DNA from: an uncultured bacterium
GTDB lineage: Bacteria; Spirochaetota; Spirochaetia; Treponematales; UBA12059
NCBI GenBank assembly: GCA_964293355.1
Contig: CAXZAJ010000002.1
Coordinates: forward strand, 1 to 50,989
Direction of reading: 5' to 3'
DNA length: 50,989 nucleotides
Positions within the stretch are counted from its first letter, which is position 1. Each line of letters starts with the position of its first letter. Under the pieces are notes generated by a model. The model searched no databases. It saw only the letters and a program-made list of their open reading frames with translations, and was not told the origin of the DNA. A program made the position numbers and the translations under genes. Positions 17,844-24,962 of the stretch are shown here, one piece after another.

Positions 17844-17942
17844 CCATGGCCGGCCAAAATTCAAGGCGTGGACAGGGACAGAGCTCGATCAAGCGCGACC
17901 AGGTTTCAGGACAGCAACCTGGTCAGCAACGGGGACAGAGCT
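17829..17942 (+). repeat. Cluster of three direct copies of the abundant word at the ansA/truA junction (17829-17840, 17875-17885 with A at the first G, 17931-17942)
   Basis: Read directly. Spacing is 45 and 57 nt. Confidence 0.95.
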
Positions 17943-18712
17943 CGGCCACAATCCAGCGGAACGTCTTCCTTGTTCTCGCGTACGACGGCACCGATTTCTC
18001 AGGCTGGCAGCGCCTCGGCGGCGGCGCGCGCACGGTGCAGAAGACCCTCGAGGATGCGCTGTCAGGCATGCTCGGCGAGCGGATCAACGTGGTCGGTTCC
18101 GGCCGCACCGATGCTGGCGTGCACGCGGACGGCCAGGCGGCCAATTTCTGGACGCAGTCTGCCTTGAGTCCCGCCGTCATGGTCACCCGCCTGAACGAAA
18201 TTCTTCCACCAGATCTGGCCTGCGTGCTCGCGCGCGAGGCTGTACCTGCCTTCCATGCCCGTTACCGGGCGCTCTCCAAGACCTATGCATACCGATTCCA
18301 CGACGGCCCGAACCCGGATCCGTTTGCACGCCGATGGTCGCTCCATGTGGGTATGCGCCTCGATGAACGGGCAATGGCTTCCACACTCGCGGTACTGCCA
18401 GGGGAGCGCGATTTTTCTGCCCTGTCCAACGCTAAAGAAGACGCGCGAAATTTCGTCCGCACCCTGAGCTCTGTCACCGTCGATCGGCGCGGTGACCTCG
18501 TCGAGGTGTTTTTTACGGCTGACGGTTTTCTGTACAACCAGGCGCGCGTCATGGCGGCCTGCGCGCTGGAAGCGAGCCGGGGACGGCTGGACGCAGCTGG
18601 CTTGTCAGCCATCGTCGGGACAAAGGACAGGAGCCTAGCTCCGGGAGCGCTCGGTGCCTATGGTTTGCGCCTGGTCGGCGTGGGATACCGGGATGAGGAT
18701 TTTCCGGACTGA
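17846..18712 (+). CDS. truA: tRNA pseudouridine(38-40) synthase TruA with a Gln/Gly/Ser-rich leader of about 40 aa
   Basis: Core VFLVLAYDGTDFSGWQRL and GSGRTDAGVHADGQ. There is no in-frame ATG/GTG/TTG between 17846 and the conserved core. Confidence 0.85.
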   Translation: MAGQNSRRGQGQSSIKRDQVSGQQPGQQRGQSSATIQRNVFLVLAYDGTDFSGWQRLGGGARTVQKTLEDALSGMLGERINVVGSGRTDAGVHADGQAANFWTQSALSPAVMVTRLNEILPPDLACVLAREAVPAFHARYRALSKTYAYRFHDGPNPDPFARRWSLHVGMRLDERAMASTLAVLPGERDFSALSNAKEDARNFVRTLSSVTVDRRGDLVEVFFTADGFLYNQARVMAACALEASRGRLDAAGLSAIVGTKDRSLAPGALGAYGLRLVGVGYRDEDFPD

Positions 18713-19611
18713 GGCGCGGGCTTTTCGCTCCGCGCTGACGGCCCGCCCCCCGGCCAGGCCCGCGTTCGGTCAACAGGCGGCCGGGGTTCCGGCTTGTCGC
18801 GGCCTGCAGGCTCCTGTGCCGGTTTTCGGCCGTTATGCTGATCAGTAACACGCTGGACGGTGCTTCTGGCGGTTGATCCCCGCAGCGCAGCCTCAAAACC
18901 GGGTGGCGCCGGACATTCCACACGCACTGGAGTCCCATCCGATGGCCTGTTCAGCGCTATGACCGTCGCGTGGAGTCCCAGCCGCCCCAGCGGGTCGCGG
19001 CGGGAACCGTAACGCTCGTCTCCGGTAACGGGGCAACCTGCCTCAGCAAGCTGGACGCGGATCTGATGCCGCCGGCCCGTCTCAAGCGACAGTTCCACCA
19101 GGCTGAGGCTGTCACCTTCACCGAGCACACGGTATCGCGTTATTGCCCGCAACGCGCCTTTTGACCCGGCTGGAGCTTGCCGGACTCGGTACGGGTCCAC
19201 CTCGGACAGCCAGGTGTCGAGGATGCCTTCCGTTGCCGGGAGTCTGCCTTCGACGAGGGCCACATAGGTGCGCTCGTCTACCGATTCATTCCAGGTGGAC
19301 ATGAGCGCGGCCTTGGCCCTGGCGGATTTGGCAAAAACGATGACCCCCGACGTGTCGCGGTCAAGCCGCTGGACGACGGCTGCCCGCCCCTTGGGGTTGC
19401 GCTTCTGGATGTGCGCGCTGACGATGTCGTAGAGGCTCTTTGACCGGGAACCTTCCGGCGATATCGTGGGCAGGCCGCTGGGCTTGTCGACCGCGATGAG
19501 TTCGTCGTCCTCATAGAGGAACGTGACGCGGAATCGACCGCCCTGGGTAACGTGAGCACCTCGAACTCCTCGAACTCCTCGAACTCCTCGAGCTCTGTCC
19601 CCGCGGCTCAT
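18658..19611 (-). CDS. RluA-family pseudouridine synthase with a basic/Pro-rich C-terminal tail
   Basis: LIAVDKPSGLPT and VQRLDRDTSGVIVFAKS (catalytic Asp motif). ATG 19611 overlaps the ybeD-like stop (ATGA). Confidence 0.8.
   Translation of the reverse strand: MSRGDRARGVRGVRGVRGAHVTQGGRFRVTFLYEDDELIAVDKPSGLPTISPEGSRSKSLYDIVSAHIQKRNPKGRAAVVQRLDRDTSGVIVFAKSARAKAALMSTWNESVDERTYVALVEGRLPATEGILDTWLSEVDPYRVRQAPAGSKGALRAITRYRVLGEGDSLSLVELSLETGRRHQIRVQLAEAGCPVTGDERYGSRRDPLGRLGLHATVIALNRPSDGTPVRVECPAPPGFEAALRGSTARSTVQRVTDQHNGRKPAQEPAGRDKPEPRPPVDRTRAWPGGGPSARSEKPAPQSGKSSSRYPTPTRRKP
19552..19602 (-). repeat. In-frame 9-bp tandem repeat (three perfect TCGAACTCC units at 19561-19587 plus degenerate flanking units) fused to a copy of the abundant word (19591-19602)
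   Basis: Encodes MSRGDRARGVRGVRGVRGAH at the N-terminus of the RluA-family protein. Confidence 0.9.
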
Positions 19612-19901
19612 AGCACGACCTTGACGCCGGGCAAGGCTCCGATGGCCGTGTATGTCGCATAGAGGCTGTCCTTGTCGTTGAACCTGACCTTGCATGCCAG
19701 CCTGCCGTATTTTGTGCCGGAAGCGGAAAGCATACGCGGCGTTTCAAGAGACACTTGGCGTTCTTCAAGAACCCGCTTGAGTTGTTCCATGAGGGACTCG
19801 CTCCCGGCAAGGAAGTGGATGACCCTGAGTTCGAACTCCACGGGGTATTCGAGGCCTTCGGCGTTCCGCGAAAGCGGGTCGGCTGGCTTTTGCTCTTCCA
19901 T
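19608..19901 (-). CDS. YbeD-like DUF493 protein
   Basis: I prefer ATG 19901 (AAGGAG 9 nt upstream), giving 97 aa. YPVEFELRVI and the C-terminal half resemble YbeD. Confidence 0.65.
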   Translation of the reverse strand: MEEQKPADPLSRNAEGLEYPVEFELRVIHFLAGSESLMEQLKRVLEERQVSLETPRMLSASGTKYGRLACKVRFNDKDSLYATYTAIGALPGVKVVL

Positions 19902-19915
19902 CGGATCAGTCTCCT

Positions 19916-21271
19916 TCATATAGTAACGTCGTTCAGCCATCTTTTTGTCACGAGTCGCCAGAGCCCGAGTCCGCTCTTGGCTATTTCTTCAAAACTCAGC
20001 AATGCGTATACGACCCAGGGTTCAGCATGCAGTACGAATGCTCCAAAAGCCGCGAGCGGAACGCCGAGCATCCATACACCGAATATATCGAACCAGGCTC
20101 CGAACCGGGTGTCGCCACCCGAACGGCAGATTCCAACCACGACATGCAGGTTGAACACCTTGAAAGGAAACACGCAAGCCAGCGTCAGGATCATGAGCTT
20201 TGCCTGCCGCAGCGGCTCGGGGCCGAGGGCGAAAAGCCAGGGAAGCGCCAGCGTAGCAGGCGCGAGGAGTATGCTGGCGGCAATGCCTACGATCGGGGCC
20301 AGAATGGCAAAGCGTTTGGCCCATTCGAAGGTCGTAGCTCTGTCCCCTTGTCCGATACGCTTGCCGAGCATGACGGCGGCAGCGTTGGCGGTACCCAGGA
20401 ATAGTACCATGGCGAGCTGGCTGAATGTGCTCGTGACGTTGTACGCGGCAATGGCCTCGGTGCCGACGCGCGCGAGTATCGCGTTGTAGGTGGTTATGCC
20501 CAGCGACCAGGTGACCTCGTTGATGATGACCGGTGCCGCGATCCGCGTGAAGCGGGGCAGGAAGCCGCCGCCCCAGGACCTGAATTCCGTCAACGTGCCT
20601 GCGGGCGGCATCTTCCGCGCGTAAGCCCCGACGAAAATTATGACCGTCTCTACGACGCGGGCTATGACCGTTGCCAGCGCCGCGCCGCGCACGCCAAGAG
20701 CAGGCGCTCCGAATTTACCGAAAATGAGCACGTAATTGAGGGTTCCGTTGAGGGCCAGCGAGATGATAGTCGAGACGAGCGGTAGCCTGACCCGTTCGAC
20801 ACCGCGGAGAGCCAGAGAGAACGCGAAGCTGGCTGCGGCGAAAGGATAGCTCGGCGCGACCCAGCGGAGGTACTCGGCTCCTGTCCGCACGACTTCAGCA
20901 TCCCTGGAGTATAACCCGAGGAGGAAGCGGGGGAAGATCAGCGCAGGAAGCATGAACGCGAATGCGGCCGCGATACCGAGCGTCATGGAGAGGCCCGTGG
21001 TCCTGCGTATGCCTGCTATGTCCCGCTTGCCCCAATACTGGGCCGTAAATACTCCCGATCCCGACGAGGTGCCGAACAAGAGCAGCATGAGCAGGAACCA
21101 TATCTGGTTGCCGAGGCCAACCGCTGCCAGTTCCATGGCCCCGAGTCGACCTACCATGACTGTATCAAGCATGTTGACGCTCGACACGATGAGGTTCTGA
21201 AGCGCTATCGGCACGGCGATGCGCAGGAGATCCTTGTAAAAGATCCTGTCGGCTTGAGTTGGGCTTGTCAT
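19916..21271 (-). CDS. MATE-family efflux transporter
   Basis: I prefer ATG 21271 (MTSPTQADRIFYKDLLRIAVPIALQNLI, the typical MATE N-terminus). About 12 TM helices. Confidence 0.85.
   Translation of the reverse strand: MTSPTQADRIFYKDLLRIAVPIALQNLIVSSVNMLDTVMVGRLGAMELAAVGLGNQIWFLLMLLLFGTSSGSGVFTAQYWGKRDIAGIRRTTGLSMTLGIAAAFAFMLPALIFPRFLLGLYSRDAEVVRTGAEYLRWVAPSYPFAAASFAFSLALRGVERVRLPLVSTIISLALNGTLNYVLIFGKFGAPALGVRGAALATVIARVVETVIIFVGAYARKMPPAGTLTEFRSWGGGFLPRFTRIAAPVIINEVTWSLGITTYNAILARVGTEAIAAYNVTSTFSQLAMVLFLGTANAAAVMLGKRIGQGDRATTFEWAKRFAILAPIVGIAASILLAPATLALPWLFALGPEPLRQAKLMILTLACVFPFKVFNLHVVVGICRSGGDTRFGAWFDIFGVWMLGVPLAAFGAFVLHAEPWVVYALLSFEEIAKSGLGLWRLVTKRWLNDVTI
20336..20347 (-). repeat. Abundant word, perfect copy (AGCTCTGTCCCC on the + strand)
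   Basis: Inside the MATE gene; read as QGDRAT. Confidence 0.95.
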
Positions 21272-21302
21272 CGCGTCCTTATGTCTTGTTCCAGATCGGC
21301 TA

Positions 21303-22820
21303 TCAGCGTCCGGGGCCTTTGCGCTTGCCGGATGTCGGGTCTGACAGATCCTTTTCATAGGAAAGTATCTCTTGCTCCAGTGTTCCCCTGTACTCCAGCA
21401 GTTCCAGCAGTATCGGCTTGTCACCGGCCGGTGTGTCCAGGTTTGTCAGAAGTGATTCGATGGTTTTGGAAAAGCCTGCAAGGTCTACGGCTCCCTCGAT
21501 GCGGGGACAGAGCAAGCGGCTGGCGCAGAAGGACCGCCAGCGGGCGGCTTCGGCTTTTGACAGCGTTCCAGGCCAGTTGCGGGCAAACAGCCGCCGTACG
21601 AGCTGGGGCAATCGCTCGTCGATAAACGTCATGCCGTAGGCTTGCGGCCTGGCTTCCGCTGGACCGAGTGTCGCGATCGCTTCATGGACCGCGGCCATGG
21701 CATCCTTGTCTTCGTTCCTGAAGAAGCCGCCTGAGTAAATCCTGTATTCCGGATCGGGTTCAACCGCCTCCTGTGGAGTGGGCGCAAATACGGCCTGGAG
21801 TTTCTGGATCAGTTCGGGCTCTCGTGAAAGGCTTCGAGCTCTGACCCTCGCCAGATCCATGTCGATGCCGAGCCGGTCTGCCGACCTGGCGTCCATGGTT
21901 GACAGTGGAGCCAGGTAGGGGCATCGGCCGAGCTTGATGTCGACCAGCGGGATGCGTTCCCCTTCTTCGAGTTGCGACTTCCTCGTGAACACGCGTCGGC
22001 GCAGTTCATCTACAGGAAGATCAACGAGCGGGGAGGGGTCATAGCGAAGGACGAAGGCGACGAGGCCGTCCCGGCGGCCAGGAACCATGCCAACCGGTGC
22101 GACGACGGTACTGCAGCCCTGCGGGCTTGTGTATTGTGCAGCCGTGTGAACGAGCGGTTCGCGGTCGGCCAGGTTGACGAGTGGCCGCAGTGAATCTCGT
22201 GTTCGGTGCTTCCAGTACCAGTCGTAGAGCCTGGGCTGGGCTTCCTTGACCAGCTTGGCCATGCGTATGGTCGCCGTGATGTCATGCAGGGCGTCATGTG
22301 CCGAAACGAGCGGCACGGAGTTTGCGGCGGCCAGGCTGCCGAGCCTGAAATCCGGTTTTCCGTCCACTCCGTCTGGCCAGACCAGGCCGTCCGGCCGCAG
22401 GTCCCGCGTTGCCCGCAGCAGGTTCAGGATATCCCATCGGGTATTCCCATCAGCCCATTCGCGCTCATACGGATCGAAGAGGTTGCGATAGAATAGGTTG
22501 CGTATGAATTCGTCGTCAAAACTGATGGAATTATAGCCTGCGACACAGTTGCCCGGAGCCAGCATCTCGTTGCGGATCGCCTTGGCGAAATCGTACTCAA
22601 CAAGGCCTTTTTCAAGCGTTTCTCGCGGAGAGATGCCGTGGACTAGGCACGCGTATGGGCTGGGCAGGTAATCGTCCGTTATCCTGCTGTACAGGACGAC
22701 GCTCTCGGATATCGGTTCCAGTTCCTCGTTTGTCCGCAGGCTGGCGAACTGGGCTATCCGGTCGTGGCGGGGATCGAGTCCGAATGTTTCTAGGTCGTAC
22801 CAGAGTATGCTCGAGGCCAT
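21303..22820 (-). CDS. sbcB: Exodeoxyribonuclease I
   Basis: I prefer ATG 22820 (MASSILWYDLETFGLDPRHDRIAQFA, the ExoI DEDD motif I). SAHDALHDI (motif III). 505 aa. Confidence 0.85.
   Translation of the reverse strand: MASSILWYDLETFGLDPRHDRIAQFASLRTNEELEPISESVVLYSRITDDYLPSPYACLVHGISPRETLEKGLVEYDFAKAIRNEMLAPGNCVAGYNSISFDDEFIRNLFYRNLFDPYEREWADGNTRWDILNLLRATRDLRPDGLVWPDGVDGKPDFRLGSLAAANSVPLVSAHDALHDITATIRMAKLVKEAQPRLYDWYWKHRTRDSLRPLVNLADREPLVHTAAQYTSPQGCSTVVAPVGMVPGRRDGLVAFVLRYDPSPLVDLPVDELRRRVFTRKSQLEEGERIPLVDIKLGRCPYLAPLSTMDARSADRLGIDMDLARVRARSLSREPELIQKLQAVFAPTPQEAVEPDPEYRIYSGGFFRNEDKDAMAAVHEAIATLGPAEARPQAYGMTFIDERLPQLVRRLFARNWPGTLSKAEAARWRSFCASRLLCPRIEGAVDLAGFSKTIESLLTNLDTPAGDKPILLELLEYRGTLEQEILSYEKDLSDPTSGKRKGPGR
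21503..21513 (+). repeat. Abundant word, perfect 11-mer GGGGACAGAGC (followed by A, not T)
   Basis: Inside sbcB; read on the opposite strand as LLCPR. Confidence 0.95.
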
Positions 22821-22892
22821 GGACGCGAGTATACCCCGCGCGGAAGTCGAGCGGAAAGGCCTCGGCCCATCGAAGCTTGGGGCTACCTTTCT

Positions 22893-22916
22893 GCTGGTAC
22901 AGCCTGCTGTACCAGC
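22893..22916. repeat. 24-bp palindrome GCTGGTACAGC-CT-GCTGTACCAGC in the sbcB/fur divergent intergenic region
   Basis: The 11-nt arms are exact reverse complements as read. The function is unknown. Confidence 0.9.
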
Positions 22917-23001
22917 ACTCCATTCGAGATACCAGAACGGGTGTTGTCTGGAGTTAACAACAAGCTTCGGGTTACCAAGCCTCCTTGACATTGAACGCAA
23001 T

Positions 23002-23020
23002 GATAATGATAGTGATTATC
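23002..23020. promoter_or_regulatory. Fur box
   Basis: GATAATGATAGTGATTATC matches the classical 19-bp Fur box GATAATGATAATCATTATC at 17 of 19 positions. It lies 36 nt upstream of the fur start. TTGACA is at 22985-22990. Confidence 0.75.
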
Positions 23021-23055
23021 GATAAGGTCGTAGGCGCTACGGCAGGGAGGTTCTG

Positions 23056-23502
23056 GTGGGTGGAGACGAGCGGGCGATTCTGGAGGGTTATCTAAAGAGC
23101 CGCGGCCTGAAGATGACTAAGGCCCGTGACACCGTCCTCACCGCTTTTCTGGGGCTTGAATCGCACGTCAGCGCTGACGCCGTGTACGAGGCTGCGAGGC
23201 TCATTGACCCGGGCATAGGCCAGGCGACGGTATTCCGCACCATAAAGCTGTTGTCGGATTCTGGATTGGCCAGGGAAGCCTGCCGCGATGATGGAGCGCG
23301 CCGATACGAGCATGCCTACAACCATGCCCACCACGACCACCTCACCTGCGTTCAGTGTGGAACCGTTGTAGAATTCATCGATCCTGATATAGAACGCGCC
23401 CAGGAGTCGGTATATAGCCGCTACGGATTCAAGTCCTCAGGCCATAGGCTTGAACTCTACGGGCTCTGTCCCCGGTGCTGGCAGTCTGGAGTCAAACCAT
23501 GA
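23056..23502 (+). CDS. fur: Ferric uptake regulator family protein
   Basis: GTG start with AGGGAGG. HHDHLTCVQCGTVVEF and GLCPRCW (two CxxC pairs). wHTH TVFRTIKLL. Confidence 0.85.
   Translation: MGGDERAILEGYLKSRGLKMTKARDTVLTAFLGLESHVSADAVYEAARLIDPGIGQATVFRTIKLLSDSGLAREACRDDGARRYEHAYNHAHHDHLTCVQCGTVVEFIDPDIERAQESVYSRYGFKSSGHRLELYGLCPRCWQSGVKP
23463..23473 (-). repeat. Abundant word, perfect 11-mer (GCTCTGTCCCC on the + strand)
   Basis: Inside fur; read as GLCPRC, covering the C-terminal CxxC. Confidence 0.95.
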
Positions 23503-23825
23503 GCTCAGCGGCTGGAACGTTGTTGTCGGTACTGAGGCCACGCGACCACTTCATCATCCGCTCGCTGCGGGTAGGGCGGGAAGTCGGGCGCAGGCTCGCG
23601 GATATGGGATTTACCGAAGGAACGGATGGTGTCGTTGTGAGGCGGGGCGGATTCGGCGGGCCCATGCAGGTCTGCATCAGAGGCTACGACCTGCTCATCC
23701 GTAAGGATGAGGCTGCGAGGATTGAAGTAGAACTCGTTGATTCGGATAGAAGTGGCCACGGTGGTCATGGCGGACGGGGGCGAGGCAGGCATCGCTGGTT
23801 CGGGGCCCGGCCCGATTTTGACTAG
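23499..23825 (+). CDS. feoA: FeoA-domain protein with a His/Gly/Arg-rich C-terminal tail
   Basis: The ATG overlaps the fur stop (ATGA). VGRRLADMGFTEGTDGVVVRRGGFGGPMQVCIRGYDLLIRKDEAARIEV is a FeoA SH3-like domain. Confidence 0.75.
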   Translation: MSSAAGTLLSVLRPRDHFIIRSLRVGREVGRRLADMGFTEGTDGVVVRRGGFGGPMQVCIRGYDLLIRKDEAARIEVELVDSDRSGHGGHGGRGRGRHRWFGARPDFD

Positions 23826-24928
23826 GCCCTGCTACTGGCACTGCTGGAGGGAATTTCGAGCCTGAATTCCGTCCAGCCCTCGTTGCGCCGATACTGAGCG
23901 CTGCCCCCCAGCTGGGTAGACATCAGCTCGAGCAACGTGAGTCCAAGCCTTCCCTTGTTCAGCAGTGCCGCATCAGCGATCCTCAGGGGAATGTTTTCCA
24001 GAAGGGCCGGGAATCCACCTCCATCGTCCCTCACGGTAAGGATGATGCGGCGGCCGTCATCGTGCAGGGCGATGGCAATCCGCAGGTCATCCTCGGGAGG
24101 CTTGCCGTGTTTGAGCGTGTTGGTCACGAGTTCATTGACGATGAGACCGATCGGAACCGCCACGTCCATGGTCACGCTGCTCCGGTCCAGCTCGAGCGTC
24201 ACTGTGGGGGGCTTTCTGGAACCGCTCGCCGCCATCGCAATTGCCCCGACAAGATCCCTGAGGTAATCGTCGATGGCAACCGACGAGAGTTCCGCTGTCC
24301 GGTAAAGCCGCTCGTGCACGAACGAGATGGACATGAGGCGTCCAGTCAGCGCAGCGGCCGCGTCCTTGAAAGATTGATCGCTTGAGCGCCTCGACTGCAA
24401 TCCTATGATGCTTTTGATGAGGTTGAGGTTGTTCTTGACGCGGTGGTGCACCTCGCGGAATAGGGTTTCCCGGTCTTGCAGTGCGGCCCGGAGTTCGCGC
24501 TCGATTTCCTTGCGAAGCGTCCGCTCCATGTCCAGTTTTCGGTGGTAATCGGACAGGTAGCCCAGAATCGTGCCAACCAGGATGCCCGATAGCTCCGCCA
24601 TGATTTTTGATGCCGGCGAGTATTCGGGGTGACGGAGGAGCGCATAGAGGGCCAGGTTTGCAGGAAGGGCGAGGATGCCGGCCAGTATTCCCGCGGCGAG
24701 GCCGTATCCAATTGAAACGGTGATGACGGGGATAAGGACGAAGTAGTTGGTGGATACGCCGAGCCGAGGACTGAGGGCAACAACGCTGCTGGCATAGACC
24801 GCGACGGACACAGCAATGGTGAACAGTCGAAGCCGACCAAATAGCCGCTCCCGCAACAACCCGAGCGCCCGGTCGAAGGGGGAAAAGAGCTGCTCCGGTT
24901 CGAGTTTCGATCGGTGCCTGCTACTCAT
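23822..24928 (-). CDS. Membrane histidine kinase, HisKA_2/HWE-type
   Basis: I prefer ATG 24928, because the longer ORF would overlap the helicase gene. Four to five TM helices, H-box FREVHHRVKNNLNLIKSIIGLQ, ATPase NELVTNTLKHG and DDGGGFP. Confidence 0.8.
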   Translation of the reverse strand: MSSRHRSKLEPEQLFSPFDRALGLLRERLFGRLRLFTIAVSVAVYASSVVALSPRLGVSTNYFVLIPVITVSIGYGLAAGILAGILALPANLALYALLRHPEYSPASKIMAELSGILVGTILGYLSDYHRKLDMERTLRKEIERELRAALQDRETLFREVHHRVKNNLNLIKSIIGLQSRRSSDQSFKDAAAALTGRLMSISFVHERLYRTAELSSVAIDDYLRDLVGAIAMAASGSRKPPTVTLELDRSSVTMDVAVPIGLIVNELVTNTLKHGKPPEDDLRIAIALHDDGRRIILTVRDDGGGFPALLENIPLRIADAALLNKGRLGLTLLELMSTQLGGSAQYRRNEGWTEFRLEIPSSSASSRA

Positions 24929-24962
24929 TCCCCATCCGCTTCCGTTCAGTACTGGCCGACGC

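Noticed and set aside
17829-17942. Regularly spaced repeats at the ansA/truA junction, and at 4906-4963 and 27917-27962, considered as a possible CRISPR array.
   Set aside because: The repeat is only 11-14 nt and there are only two or three units with irregular spacing (45 and 57 nt at the ansA/truA junction). The same word is scattered throughout the window at kilobase intervals, and there are no cas genes.
17770-18366. ORF in another frame with repeated GTEL(D/G) peptides.
   Set aside because: The repeats are simply the abundant word read in a second frame. The ORF overlaps the well-supported truA frame.
22893-22916. The 24-bp palindrome considered as a LexA/SOS box, given that sbcB is a repair gene.
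   Set aside because: It does not fit CTGT-N8-ACAG, GAAC-N4-GTTC, or the other LexA consensus sequences I know. I report it only as an unexplained palindrome.
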